Shown here one piece after another: positions 37,665 through 48,655 of a DNA stretch of 58,747 nucleotides. Position numbers and translations under genes: made by a program. Below the pieces are notes generated by a model. That model was not told where the DNA came from, made no database searches, and saw only the letters and a list, made by a program, of their open reading frames with translations. Every line of letters starts with the position of its first letter. The stretch's first letter is position 1. The stretch covers positions 1 to 58,747 of IMG/VR virus record IMGVR_UViG_3300032334_001918; one strand, written 5' to 3'. Source of the stretch: a virus. Its lineage: Duplodnaviria; Caudoviricetes.

Positions 37665-39269
37665 ATGGCACTGAAACCTAATTTAAGCACCGTTAGAAAT
37701 CGCATCTTTACTGCAACTTCATATGAGAGTTCGTTGACGGGCAGCTCATCTAACACATATTTGGGTATTGCTAAACCTCTTTCTTGGACTTCTAGCATTC
37801 CTCCTGTCCCAGTAGAAACAACAAGCAATATAAATGATGTCTTTAGAACATTAGTATCCTTAAAGAAAATAACTTCTTCTGATATCAATCTAGTTGTACC
37901 TAGAGTAGACTGGACCAGCGGAACAACTTATTCTGAGTATACAGAAAATTTAGATATTTATGCGTATGATTCTCTACCAGCAATTCAAGGTACAGGAACT
38001 ACTGTGCAGGGAACTGCAATTTTAACAGGAAGCGGCACAGCATTTACTGCGAATGTTGCAGCTGGCGATAAAATTACTCTTATGGGAGATGGTAGCGAGT
38101 CTTTTCCTAAAGTTGTCAAAGAGATCATATCTGTATCTAATAATACATCGTTGGTTGTTAATAGCGCATACAGTGCAGCATACACCAACAATACCATTTA
38201 TAAGTTGATAAACACATATCCGAATTATGCAAATAAATTTTATGTGAGAAATAATTTAGATCAAGTATTTAAATGCTTATATAATAATTTTTCTGTTGCA
38301 TCTACAGTTATGCCTGAAATTAGAATAGATGGTCAATTACCAGAAAATGCATATATTGAAACTAGCGATGGATATAAGTGGAAGTACATGTATAGTATTC
38401 CAGCTGGATTGAAGGAAAAATTCTTCACCAGTCAATGGATGCCTATCCTTTCAGAAAATATTGTAACTAATTCTGCTGTTAATGGGCGTTTAGATATAAT
38501 AAAAATATATGATGGTGGAACTGGCTATCTTGGTGGAGCCAATTCAAATTCTGCTCCCATAGTGACAGTTACTGGAGATGGTTCTAGTGCAAATTTAACA
38601 GCAAGAGTTGTTAATGGTGTAATAACTAAGATAAACATAATTAACAGTGGAATGAATTATACAAACGCTACAATATCTTTTACCGATGGTTCAAAAACTC
38701 CAGGAACAAATACAGCTAATGTTATTGCTGTTATTGGTCCAGAATATGGTCATGGATATGATCCAGCATATGAATTGGGTGCTACCAGTTTAATGGTGAG
38801 CGTGGATCTTTCTGGTTCGGAAAATTCTACTATTCCTACGACTGCGCTATCTGACACTTTTGATTATAGACAAATTATTTTGCTAAGAAACCCAAAAAAT
38901 ATAGATGGAACTTATTTGTCTCAAACAAACTATAAAGCCACATCAATTATAAGTGTTTCTTCACCACCATCTCCATTTAGAATGGATGAGATTGTTTATC
39001 AGGGAATTTCTTTAGCATCAGCAACATTTTATGCAACGGTGGTAAATTGGGATAGTTCTGCTAATGAGTTGTGGATTAATAATCCTGTTGGATCTTTTTC
39101 TGCAGGTCCATTAAAGGGAACATCTCAAACTTCGGCAGTTACAGCATTCAGTTTAACTTTGCCTGATTATGAAGCTTTTACAGGTGAGACGCTATATATT
39201 GAGAATAGAGATCCTATAAGCAGAAGCTCTTCTCAAACAGAACAAATCAAATTAGTCCTCAATTTTTAG
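37665..39269 (+). CDS. gp8: Baseplate wedge protein gp8
   Basis: PRVDWTSGT.Y, VFKCLYN, DGYKWKYMY, GHG.DP..ELGA, YRQI.L..NP and QTEQIKLVL motifs. Confidence 0.9.
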   Translation: MALKPNLSTVRNRIFTATSYESSLTGSSSNTYLGIAKPLSWTSSIPPVPVETTSNINDVFRTLVSLKKITSSDINLVVPRVDWTSGTTYSEYTENLDIYAYDSLPAIQGTGTTVQGTAILTGSGTAFTANVAAGDKITLMGDGSESFPKVVKEIISVSNNTSLVVNSAYSAAYTNNTIYKLINTYPNYANKFYVRNNLDQVFKCLYNNFSVASTVMPEIRIDGQLPENAYIETSDGYKWKYMYSIPAGLKEKFFTSQWMPILSENIVTNSAVNGRLDIIKIYDGGTGYLGGANSNSAPIVTVTGDGSSANLTARVVNGVITKINIINSGMNYTNATISFTDGSKTPGTNTANVIAVIGPEYGHGYDPAYELGATSLMVSVDLSGSENSTIPTTALSDTFDYRQIILLRNPKNIDGTYLSQTNYKATSIISVSSPPSPFRMDEIVYQGISLASATFYATVVNWDSSANELWINNPVGSFSAGPLKGTSQTSAVTAFSLTLPDYEAFTGETLYIENRDPISRSSSQTEQIKLVLNF

Positions 39270-39279
39270 GTAGAAAATA

Positions 39280-42200
39280 ATGGAATTTAATGTAAATCCG
39301 TATTACGATGATTTCGAGGCGACAAACGGTCCCCAAGATAACAATTATATGCGTATATTGTTCAAGCCTGGGTATGCAGTTCAGGCTCGCGAACTCACAC
39401 AGATACAATCCATTATTCAAAATCAAATTAAACAATTTGGCGACCACATCTTCAAAGACGGTTCTCCAGTAATTGGTGGTCATCTATCATTAGACGTTAA
39501 AGTTAAATCTATTAAATTGCAAACACAGTATGCATTAGAAGATGTGAGTGTGGCTGATTTTAATGGAAAATTAATCTTAAGCGAGACTAGCGCAGACAAA
39601 AAGGCGTATGTTATTGCTGTTGATGATACCCAAGAATATCCAACTCTTTTGATTCGGTACTTAAGTGGAAATGAATTTAGCGATGGCGAAACCATAAAAA
39701 TAGCTTCAAATACAACCACTAAAGCAACACTAATCGCTTCTGGGGCATCAACGACTGGTTCTGCAATATCTGTTGATGATGGTGTATTTTATGTCAATGG
39801 TTATTTTGTTAAGGTTTCTCCACAAACTATAGTTTTAGATCCATACTCAACCACACCAACTTTTAGAGTTGGTTTAGCTATATCTGATGCTGTTGTTACT
39901 GCATCAGATGACTCGATGCTCCTAGATCCAGCACAATCTTCATTCAATTATCAAGCTCCAGGAGCAGATCGATATCAATTCGATTTAGTTCTAAGTCATA
40001 GAACTTTAGATTCTACTGACGATAGTGCATTCTTTGAGCTATTACGCATCGAAGGTGGTAACATAACAAAACAGGTAAATTATCCTATTTACTCTGAGTT
40101 AGAAAAAACACTAGCTCGTCGTACATATGACGAGTCTGGTAACTATACTGTAAATGCTTGGAGAGTTACTCCAGCTGCGAACGCCACAAATAGTTCAGCT
40201 TTTGATTTACAGATAGAAAAAGGTAAAGCATACGTCAAAGGATACGAATTCGAAACTCAAGGCACAACTACTTTAAATGTTAGCAAAGCTCGAACATCAA
40301 ATGTGAGCTCAGATTACGAACTTTCTGTAGAATATGGAAATTACGTTGTTGTCAAGAATTTATTTGGGGGAAACACTTCTTATATTTTCGACACAAATTC
40401 ATATGAGCAAATAGATCTACACTGCGTTCCGTCAGCAAATATTAATACTGCCAGTGCCTCTCTTTACAGTAATACGAAAATTGGTACGGCTAGAGTTCGT
40501 AATATCACGAATAGAGGTGATGGTTCTACATATAACATGCAATTATTGGACATAAACACAAGTCCAATTATCACAACCGTGTCAGCTGCTTCAACTGATG
40601 CAAATTCTGTTCTTCTTCCTGCAAATTTCTCAACTACAAACAATGCATATAAAAATGTTTATGTGAGTGTGTTGTCTGGTCCAGGCGCAGGAGATGTTAG
40701 AAAAATTATTAGTTATGATGGATCGACTACAACTAATAAAAAAGCAGTTGTTGATAGAAATTTTAGCGTTGCCAATTTAGGTGCAACTTCTGTTGTTTCT
40801 CTAAATTTCTCTATTGCAGATCTAGAATCTCTTGTAATTTCTCCTGCTGCTGGACAATTTGCAGCAAATGTTTATGGAACTAAAAATACATCTAATGCAT
40901 ACTTTGCTTGCGCTGATGTTGATGTTTTCAGTAAAGCGAATAGAGATCCTCTTGGGGATACTTTTATCTACTCAACTGATTTGAATAAAATGATTTTCCC
41001 ATTTCCAGAAACATATATCGCTAATGGATCATTTAGTAATGCAGTACAGTACCAGAGAAAAATGAAGTCTGTTACTTTCACTAGCGGAGCTGTACAGTTG
41101 GTTTCTCCTGGAGATTTTGAAGCTGGCTATGAAGAAATTTATTATGGCACAAATGGATCTAATTTATCTGCACTACAAATACTTTCAAATATTCTAGTTG
41201 TTGTTTCAAATAAAAATACATCTAACGCACTACATGGTCAAGTAATTGATTTTACTAGAGTTGGTGCGTCAATACTCAGAAACGGAAGCCAAGATATTGT
41301 TTTAAATAGTGGTTATACAGGAGACTTTACTGCTGATGTTTTCTATAATGTCAAAGTTAATAATTCTTCTGTTAATACAAGAAGAACAAAAACTTTAAGG
41401 GGTGATTCAACAGTAACTGCACTAAGATCTACCGATGCTCCAGCAAGCGGCACATCGGTTACTGGTGCAACAAATGTTAAGTATGATACTACAAATGCCT
41501 TTGTTTGGTTTACGAATACAGCAGATATAATAAAAACTCCAGGACTCAAGCAGTCACTCTATATTCCTGACGTATTTAATATTATAAAAATTTATGATTC
41601 TGGTAATGCACTATATGCACCGAACACCACGAACGCTATTGATATAACATCAAGTTATTTCTTTGATAGTGGTCAAAATGATAATTATTACGATCATGCT
41701 TCTATAATTCTAAGAGATACTGCAAATCCTCCAGCTGGACAAATTGTTGTAATGCTACAATATTTTGATCATTCAGCAACTGGTGGCTATTTCAATGCAG
41801 ACTCGTACGATTATACAACCGTCTATTCGCAAGATAAAATTCCACTATATTCTTCCAAGAATGGTTCTTTCTCATTAAGAGATTGTATTGACTTTAGACC
41901 AACTAGAACTGTGGGAACGACAGCTTTTGCTTTAACTGGCAATAAGATTCCATTCCCTGATCTGTCTATGGTTCTCACATATGGATTCTATCTACCTAGA
42001 ATTGATAAATTAATTGCAACACAGAATAAAGAATTTAAGTTATTAACTGGCGTACCTTCTTTCGTTCCTGTAGAACCAGGAGATTCAGATGAAGGTATGA
42101 CGCTCTATACTCTTTATATTCCTCCTTTTACTGCAAATATCCGCGATATTAAGCTTAAGTATTTTGACAATAGACGATATACTATGAGAGATATTGGGGC

Positions 42201-42963
42201 ACTTGATAAGAGATTGCAGCAAGTTGAGTACTATACTACATTAAGTTTGCTAGAGAATAAAGCTAGAAGCCAATCTGTTCTCTACCAAGACTCAGCTCTA
42301 CAAAAAGAGAAATATGGCATTCTTGTGGATCAATTTGATGGATTCAATATTGCTGACAATAAGAGCCAAGATCTATTGTGCCAATTATCATTTAATGAAT
42401 TGAAACCATATAAAGTAACTCAAGAACTTGCGCTAAATTTCGTTAATGGAAGTGGAGCATATAGTCTTAATGATAAAACATGCTCATTATCATACACAGA
42501 AACTCCTATAGTTTCTCAACAATTTGCAACTAAGGCAATTAGCGTTCAACCATATCTGTTCGCACAATTCTTAGGAACAGTTAAGATGACTCCAGATAGC
42601 GATTACTGGATGAGCACCACATTGACTCCAGTTGTGAATTCTCCTCCTAATGATGTTGTAACTCCAGCTACTCCACCTGTCGTCACACCAACCACTCCGG
42701 TCACAGGAGGAACAGTTCCTGCTACTTGGGGTAATGCGTTCAGTTATTATGGTGGAAGTGGTGGAAGCATAGGTGTTGGTAACTTCGTGGGTTATGGATA
42801 TGTAAACTGGAATAACTTCCTAAATATTAAACAAAGTGTTCCAGTCCAAAGTGGACCAGTCCAACAAGCCATTGTTGCTCCAGATATTTCAAATTCTGTG
42901 GCCATTACTGCTGGTGGTGGTGGCGTAGTTGGGGATGGTAGAGTTCAATTGAAGAAAAATTAA
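39280..42963 (+). CDS. Large virion structural protein, DUF4815/VrlC-like N-terminal part
   Basis: NVNPYYDDF, LFKPGYAVQARELTQIQ, APGADR, LARRTYDESGNY, DFRP and RYTMRDIG motifs. Confidence 0.85.
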   Translation: MEFNVNPYYDDFEATNGPQDNNYMRILFKPGYAVQARELTQIQSIIQNQIKQFGDHIFKDGSPVIGGHLSLDVKVKSIKLQTQYALEDVSVADFNGKLILSETSADKKAYVIAVDDTQEYPTLLIRYLSGNEFSDGETIKIASNTTTKATLIASGASTTGSAISVDDGVFYVNGYFVKVSPQTIVLDPYSTTPTFRVGLAISDAVVTASDDSMLLDPAQSSFNYQAPGADRYQFDLVLSHRTLDSTDDSAFFELLRIEGGNITKQVNYPIYSELEKTLARRTYDESGNYTVNAWRVTPAANATNSSAFDLQIEKGKAYVKGYEFETQGTTTLNVSKARTSNVSSDYELSVEYGNYVVVKNLFGGNTSYIFDTNSYEQIDLHCVPSANINTASASLYSNTKIGTARVRNITNRGDGSTYNMQLLDINTSPIITTVSAASTDANSVLLPANFSTTNNAYKNVYVSVLSGPGAGDVRKIISYDGSTTTNKKAVVDRNFSVANLGATSVVSLNFSIADLESLVISPAAGQFAANVYGTKNTSNAYFACADVDVFSKANRDPLGDTFIYSTDLNKMIFPFPETYIANGSFSNAVQYQRKMKSVTFTSGAVQLVSPGDFEAGYEEIYYGTNGSNLSALQILSNILVVVSNKNTSNALHGQVIDFTRVGASILRNGSQDIVLNSGYTGDFTADVFYNVKVNNSSVNTRRTKTLRGDSTVTALRSTDAPASGTSVTGATNVKYDTTNAFVWFTNTADIIKTPGLKQSLYIPDVFNIIKIYDSGNALYAPNTTNAIDITSSYFFDSGQNDNYYDHASIILRDTANPPAGQIVVMLQYFDHSATGGYFNADSYDYTTVYSQDKIPLYSSKNGSFSLRDCIDFRPTRTVGTTAFALTGNKIPFPDLSMVLTYGFYLPRIDKLIATQNKEFKLLTGVPSFVPVEPGDSDEGMTLYTLYIPPFTANIRDIKLKYFDNRRYTMRDIGALDKRLQQVEYYTTLSLLENKARSQSVLYQDSALQKEKYGILVDQFDGFNIADNKSQDLLCQLSFNELKPYKVTQELALNFVNGSGAYSLNDKTCSLSYTETPIVSQQFATKAISVQPYLFAQFLGTVKMTPDSDYWMSTTLTPVVNSPPNDVVTPATPPVVTPTTPVTGGTVPATWGNAFSYYGGSGGSIGVGNFVGYGYVNWNNFLNIKQSVPVQSGPVQQAIVAPDISNSVAITAGGGGVVGDGRVQLKKN

Positions 42964-42975
42964 CAAGGCGTAGAA

Positions 42976-45669
42976 ATGGCAAATACAACTTCCATAATTC
43001 CATTTATTAGATCAAATGAAATAATATTTGATGCGATAAACCTGAAGCCAGGTAAAATCGCACACTTTTTCTTTGATGGAACTAATGTAGACAAGTTCGT
43101 ACAAAAGGCTTCTGTTTTAACCACAGATTCTGTTGATGTATCTAAAACTTTTGTTAAAAATGAGGGTCTATATTGCAGTAACACTAAGGCATATGCCACC
43201 GTAATTTCTACATCATCAAACAATATCATCTACATTAATGATAACTACGTTTCTCTTAATGTTACAACTTATGGAGCAGCACCATTTAATGCTGATGATT
43301 TTAAGAAGGGTGATATAGTATTTACATCACCTAATGCATCTTCTTCAATAGCTGCTAACACATATTCAGCGAGAGTTCAATATTTTAATTCTGCAGATAA
43401 GGTTCTTGTTGTAAGATCTTTAAGCGGAGTTGCAAATAATAACTCGGCAATAAGATCTTTATACAACTTAGGTTCTGGTAAGAGAGCTAATATTGTAAAC
43501 GTTTTGTCAGGGACAAGATTTCCATCATCGAATCTTGTTGTCTCCACATTAAATGGATCAAATACTTTCTCAGTTAATGTTTACACACATAATCACGGCA
43601 CAATCTCAATATTAAATCCAAGTTCAACAGTGCTAGAGTTGGCTTCTCCCCCTCCTGCTGCAGCATTAAGTAATACAATTTACATAACTTCTGGTAGCGG
43701 GTTTGCTCAATCTTTCAGAATCGATACAATTTCTGGAAATACTGTTTCAAACTCGTCTTTCTCATCCTCATCAATTCGAGGAGATAGCACATATTCATTA
43801 AGTTATTCGACTGTAGATAATTATGGTAGGTTGGCTGGAATATTACAGTTACCGGAAACTGAAACTTATAAGTTCAAGACTGGACAGAGACAATTTGTCA
43901 TCACAGATACTTTAGTTGTTGATGACGTTGACAATCAAATGAGAGCTTCTGCGGAATATGTTGCTGCTGGATTGTTACAGAGCCAAGATAAGGTTCAGGA
44001 AAAAATAACTCCAGTTGTTCCTCCAGTACCCCCAAGCCCTCCTGAAAATAGATTTACTACTGGAGGTAGAGGTGGAAGGTTAGGAGATCCTGTTGCCCAA
44101 ACATTCTTTACTCCACAATCTGAGAATGGAAATGGCTTAGGTATCTTTGTTTCTTCAATTGATTTATTTTTTAAGAATAAACCAAATACTTTAATCGGGG
44201 ACCCTGAGTTGCCGGTTTGCATAAGAATTGTAAAAACACAAAATGGATACCCAACCCAAGAAATTGTAGCAGAGGTTTGGGTTGATTATAAAGACGTTAA
44301 TACTACTAACGGTCTAACAACATTCCCATCAGTATCAAATTCTACAACTCTAACTAAGTTTAAATTTAAAGATCCTATGTATCTTCCTCCTGGTGAACAA
44401 TATGCTATAGTTGTATATTCAGATTCTCCATCATATGAGGTTTGGATTTCTGAGCTTGGCCAAGCGGTTCTTGGGGACCCGAACAATAGAAGAGTTTCGG
44501 AACAACCATACAATGGCAGCTTTTTTAGAAGCCAAAATGCGTCAACTTGGACTGCATTTCAAAACGAAGATTTGATGTTTGTAATTAATAAAGCAGAATT
44601 CAATACAAGTTCTACTGGCGTGTTACAGTTTAATGTGAAATCGCCACTTGCTAATGTTGGCATTCATAACATGACGCTTCATAGCTCTGATATTGAATTT
44701 GCTAACACATCATTATCTTATGCATTCAAATCTACTATCGCTAGCACAGGAGTACTAAGTTCTGCATATTCTGCAATTGAAAAAAATAGTATTTTTAACT
44801 TCAGTTCTGACCTGAAGACATCTTCTTTAAATACAAATAGAAAGAGAGTTGTTCTTGCTGGTGATGCGAATTCTATGTTGGTGCAAGTAACTGTTGGGAC
44901 ATCAGATAATAATGTGTCTCCAATAATTAATACTGAGAGATTGTCTCTAATTGCAGAAGAATACTTCATTAATGATGGTTCTTTAGCAAATTCAAATATC
45001 ACCATTACGAATGGTGGCGGACAACACACAAATATTGCTAATATTACTGTAACAATAAGTTCTCCTCAACTCTATAGTACTGATGCCACAGCAAACGCTA
45101 CCGCTGTAGTAACATCTCTTTCTTCTGGGAATATAACTTCTATTGCTATTGTTAATGCTGGTCGTGGATATATTGAATCCCCAACAATAACAATTGCAGA
45201 TAGAACTGCGGGTATTACGGCTAATGCTACTGCAGTGATTGTTTCTGAGGATGGAAAGTCTGGTGGTAATGCTTTAGCAAGATATGTAAGTAAGAAGATT
45301 ATTCTTGCTGATGGATTCGATGCTGGAGATTTAAGATTGTATGTTGAGGGTATTAGACCTCAGGGAACTAATATCATAGCATACTATAAGGTCCTTTCAG
45401 ATTCTGATCCCGAACAGTTTAATGACAAAAAGTGGAAGAGAATGTACCTCACAAATGATATAATTTCTCCAGACACAATTACACCAATTGAGTTAATTTT
45501 CCAACCATCTTCTGTTCCTGGATCTTTAAGTTATGTTGAAAATAATGTCACATATCCTCTTGGAGGATCGTTCAAGTATTTTGCTATCAAGCTAGTATTG
45601 CTTGCAGCAGACGCTAGTGTTCCTCCAATTATTCGCAATCTAAGAGCCATTGCGTTCCCAGCAGGTTAA
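42976..45669 (+). CDS. Virion structural protein, DUF4815/VrlC-like C-terminal part
   Basis: IPFIRS, DPVAQTF, SIDLFF and GSFFRSQNASTWT..Q.EDLMF motifs. Confidence 0.8.
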   Translation: MANTTSIIPFIRSNEIIFDAINLKPGKIAHFFFDGTNVDKFVQKASVLTTDSVDVSKTFVKNEGLYCSNTKAYATVISTSSNNIIYINDNYVSLNVTTYGAAPFNADDFKKGDIVFTSPNASSSIAANTYSARVQYFNSADKVLVVRSLSGVANNNSAIRSLYNLGSGKRANIVNVLSGTRFPSSNLVVSTLNGSNTFSVNVYTHNHGTISILNPSSTVLELASPPPAAALSNTIYITSGSGFAQSFRIDTISGNTVSNSSFSSSSIRGDSTYSLSYSTVDNYGRLAGILQLPETETYKFKTGQRQFVITDTLVVDDVDNQMRASAEYVAAGLLQSQDKVQEKITPVVPPVPPSPPENRFTTGGRGGRLGDPVAQTFFTPQSENGNGLGIFVSSIDLFFKNKPNTLIGDPELPVCIRIVKTQNGYPTQEIVAEVWVDYKDVNTTNGLTTFPSVSNSTTLTKFKFKDPMYLPPGEQYAIVVYSDSPSYEVWISELGQAVLGDPNNRRVSEQPYNGSFFRSQNASTWTAFQNEDLMFVINKAEFNTSSTGVLQFNVKSPLANVGIHNMTLHSSDIEFANTSLSYAFKSTIASTGVLSSAYSAIEKNSIFNFSSDLKTSSLNTNRKRVVLAGDANSMLVQVTVGTSDNNVSPIINTERLSLIAEEYFINDGSLANSNITITNGGGQHTNIANITVTISSPQLYSTDATANATAVVTSLSSGNITSIAIVNAGRGYIESPTITIADRTAGITANATAVIVSEDGKSGGNALARYVSKKIILADGFDAGDLRLYVEGIRPQGTNIIAYYKVLSDSDPEQFNDKKWKRMYLTNDIISPDTITPIELIFQPSSVPGSLSYVENNVTYPLGGSFKYFAIKLVLLAADASVPPIIRNLRAIAFPAG

Positions 45670-45671
45670 TC

Positions 45672-45884
45672 ATGTACGCTAAAGTAAAAGAGCATAAAGA
45701 ATATGTTCGAGACATTGACACTAATGCTGTTTTAAATGTGGACAAAACAGCATTAGAAAAACATAAAAATATTATGCATAATCTTAATAAAGATAAGCGT
45801 GTGCAGGAACAAATAAATAGTATAAACGATGACATCTCAGAAATAAAAGAGATGTTAAGAGCATTAAGCAATAGAGGCTCGTAA
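45672..45884 (+). CDS. Small conserved coiled-coil protein
   Basis: RD..TNAVLN...DISEIKEML; usual position after the VrlC-like gene. Confidence 0.7.
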   Translation: MYAKVKEHKEYVRDIDTNAVLNVDKTALEKHKNIMHNLNKDKRVQEQINSINDDISEIKEMLRALSNRGS

Positions 45885-47122
45885 TGGCATATTCTAATAT
45901 CGCGCAAGTAACAACATCAAACACATTCAATCAGTGGAGACTAGTCACCAATAGTCTATCCAATGCTGTCAATCAGATAGCAGGTAATACCACATATACG
46001 AAAGATGATGGGAGCTGGGTTCTTTCTAAGGGGTTTATCAGTTTATCTAATACTTCAGGAACAACTCTTACTGTCTCAGCTAATGCAACAATTTCTAAAA
46101 TTCTTACTGTTGCAGATATAGTCCTAACAGGTTCAATTACTGGCGGTCTTGCAACTGTCATGTACAATCAAGCTAACACTGCATACAATCAAGCTAATAC
46201 TGCGTACAACCAAGCTAATACTGCGTACAATACGGCTAATAACGCTGCGAATACAGTTAGAGTTTCCGCAAATAGTATTGCGACTCTCTCTGGTCAACAA
46301 TTAAATTTTGTCAACACTGCAACAGTAACTGTTACAGTAACACCAGGAATATCTGGAAACGCTAATATTGCATTTACATCTGTTGGTAGTGGTGGTAGTG
46401 TAACAAGTGTCGCGACAGGACTAGGCTTAACTGGTGGAACAATTACCACAACTGGAACAATCAGTGCAGTTGCTGCTTCCACATCAGTTCAGGGCGTTGT
46501 TAAGTTAATTGATAATGTGACAACAACTGATTCATCAAATGCTGCTACAGCAACTGCAGTTAAAACTGCTTATGATGCAGCAATTACTGCTAACAATTCT
46601 GCTAATAATTCTGCTAATACTGTTCAAGTATATGCCAATAGCACTTTGGTTTTGTCTAAGGCTAATTTAAACTTTGTAAATAGTGCGACAGCTCTCGTTA
46701 GCGTAACCAACAATAGTGGTCAGGCTAATGTGTCGTATTCTGTAAATACTGCGGCGATAACCTCTCTAGGCACATTGAGTGCTCTTGATATTTCTGGATC
46801 TGCGGCAAATATCTTCGACACACCGATTGTGAGCGTAACATCGAGCAGCTCCTTCTCTGACAATGCTGCAGGTAAGGTTCTACTTTGCGATTCTACTTCT
46901 CCGACTTCAATCACATTAACTTTTGCTCCAGCAGCTAAGGCTAATTTTGCTGTCACTATCATTAGAAACGGTACTGGAAATGTAATTATTGCGAACACTT
47001 CGACGATCCAAAAGCAAAATACGACAAGCTATACAACTGCGAATATTTCTTCTCAGTTCGCTGCGGCAACCGTTCTTTATACTGCAACTAACAAGTTTAT
47101 TCTTCTAGGTGATATTACATGA
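45884..47122 (+). CDS. Tail fibre-like protein
   Basis: TFNQWR..TN N-terminus; ASTSVQGVVKL...AATATAVKTAYD fibre repeat; VTSVATGLGLTGGTIT. Confidence 0.75.
   Translation: MAYSNIAQVTTSNTFNQWRLVTNSLSNAVNQIAGNTTYTKDDGSWVLSKGFISLSNTSGTTLTVSANATISKILTVADIVLTGSITGGLATVMYNQANTAYNQANTAYNQANTAYNTANNAANTVRVSANSIATLSGQQLNFVNTATVTVTVTPGISGNANIAFTSVGSGGSVTSVATGLGLTGGTITTTGTISAVAASTSVQGVVKLIDNVTTTDSSNAATATAVKTAYDAAITANNSANNSANTVQVYANSTLVLSKANLNFVNSATALVSVTNNSGQANVSYSVNTAAITSLGTLSALDISGSAANIFDTPIVSVTSSSSFSDNAAGKVLLCDSTSPTSITLTFAPAAKANFAVTIIRNGTGNVIIANTSTIQKQNTTSYTTANISSQFAAATVLYTATNKFILLGDIT
46163..46246 (+). repeat. 21-bp tandem repeat (3 near-perfect copies plus 1 degenerate) encoding the heptad YNQANTA
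   Basis: tacaatcaagctaacactgca / tacaatcaagctaatactgcg / tacaaccaagctaatactgcg / tacaatacggctaataacgct. Confidence 0.9.
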
Positions 47123-47610
47123 CATTTTTGAGAAGAGCTCCATTTATTAGAAGAATTAGCTTAGGTAATGGAATTTTTATAATAAACAGTGGAAGTGGAA
47201 CTAACCAAATTACAGGTAAAGCTCCAGTTACATATTGGTATTCTGGTTGGAATTCGCAACCTGCTCCATTGAATTCTGCTAGCACTCCTTCTCTTTCAAA
47301 TACTGCTATTGGAAGTATTTCTTCTATTCCCATTTTTAATGGAAACAGTGTTGTTGCAATTGAGGGACAAAGTTGGTCCGGTAGTGCTGGTGGAGTTGGT
47401 CTTGCTAATGTTTATTTAGTTGTAGTTTCTGGCAATAATCAACCATTTACACCTAATGCATTAGATATTGATGGCACACAATTTACTGTACATTCAACCA
47501 GCGGCGTTATCTCTGTATCTGGAAATGAGTATAGTGTATATTCGTTTTTTCCAGGCTCACAAGCATCAACTTTATTAAATTCTTCAGCAGATAATGTAAA
47601 AATTACTTGA
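47119..47610 (+). CDS. Hypothetical virion-associated protein
   Basis: S/G/N-rich ORF overlapping the fibre gene stop (ATGA). Confidence 0.6.
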   Translation: MTFLRRAPFIRRISLGNGIFIINSGSGTNQITGKAPVTYWYSGWNSQPAPLNSASTPSLSNTAIGSISSIPIFNGNSVVAIEGQSWSGSAGGVGLANVYLVVVSGNNQPFTPNALDIDGTQFTVHSTSGVISVSGNEYSVYSFFPGSQASTLLNSSADNVKIT

Positions 47611-47621
47611 GGGTAAATAGA

Positions 47622-47741
47622 ATGACAGAACAATCTCAAAATGCAATTTTTAGTTTTTACATTGGTGAGAAAAGCGTAGAGCTTGTAAACTCTCCTAGGA
47701 TTATTATTCTCATAGAAAATTGTGAGGCAAAGGAATTATAA
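47622..47741 (+). CDS. Small 39-aa ORF absent from the track
   Basis: GAGG RBS; MTEQSQNAIFSFYIGEKSVELVNSPRIIILIENCEAKEL*; its stop overlaps the next ATG (TAATG). Confidence 0.5.
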   Translation: MTEQSQNAIFSFYIGEKSVELVNSPRIIILIENCEAKEL

Positions 47742-48256
47742 TGTGGATAACAAAACAAAATCAATATACTAATTTTTCTGTGACTGAGGCATTTGCATCT
47801 AGTGGTGAATCGTTTAAAGTTTCTAAACTTGACGCCGACTTAGCAAAGTTAGGTTATTTTTATTCTGGATCGTCTGAGTGGATTAGTTCAAATTCAAAAT
47901 TTAATTTTATCAGAGGTGAGAGTTCTCCCTTCGTCAGCTATATTGAAGAAGATCTTGCAAACATAAACGTAGATGAAGACGATAAAGTAGTAATTAATAT
48001 ATTATCCGATATGCATTGGGTTTGTATGCAAGAACTATCAGAAACCTCAAAATATGTTAAGGGTGGTTTGCTATTATCTGTAACTGAAGAACAAATCATT
48101 TATCCTGCAAATGGACTCTTCGTTTTAGAAGGTACAATTTCGGCAAACGACGCTGGATCTCCACTTTCATTAGGAAAATTTGATTATATGAAACCTAGAA
48201 CATACGAATATTCAGTTTCAGGCAACGGAAAGGCATTTTTAATTCAAACTATTTAA
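47741..48256 (+). CDS. Hypothetical protein
   Basis: 171-aa ORF with AAGGA RBS. Confidence 0.6.
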   Translation: MWITKQNQYTNFSVTEAFASSGESFKVSKLDADLAKLGYFYSGSSEWISSNSKFNFIRGESSPFVSYIEEDLANINVDEDDKVVINILSDMHWVCMQELSETSKYVKGGLLLSVTEEQIIYPANGLFVLEGTISANDAGSPLSLGKFDYMKPRTYEYSVSGNGKAFLIQTI

Positions 48257-48319
48257 ATCTAAACACCTATCAACTTTTAATAAATACAATCAGAACTAAC
48301 ACTTTCATGGGTAGATTAA

Positions 48320-48655
48320 ATGGGCGCATATACAGACCTAACGATAGACCAAGGCGCAGACTTCGAGCTCACCTTTGATCTTGTCGGAGATGATGGGTAT
48401 CCAATCAACGTAACAGGATATGTGTTTTCCGGTCAAATTCGTAAGACATACTACTCAACAAATCCTACTGCAAATCTCGTACTTACCATTTTAAATCCTG
48501 TTAGAGGTAACACTCTTATTTCGTTGGGAGCCTCAAATACAGCAAATATCGTTGCTGGTCGTTATGTTTATGACATTAAAATGAAAGATACCTCTAATGT
48601 TACTTCTAGGGTTGTGGAGGGTATTGTAACAGTAACACCACAGGTATCTAGATGA
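48320..48655 (+). CDS. Conserved T4-like virion protein
   Basis: LTIDQGADF...GRYVYDI...RVVEGIVTVTP; preceded by the late-promoter-like AATAAATA near 48279. Confidence 0.75.
   Translation: MGAYTDLTIDQGADFELTFDLVGDDGYPINVTGYVFSGQIRKTYYSTNPTANLVLTILNPVRGNTLISLGASNTANIVAGRYVYDIKMKDTSNVTSRVVEGIVTVTPQVSR

Noticed and set aside
45884-47122. Enrichment of N-X-S/T sequons suggesting N-glycosylation
   Set aside because: A rough count (~14) is about what the high N and S/T content predicts.
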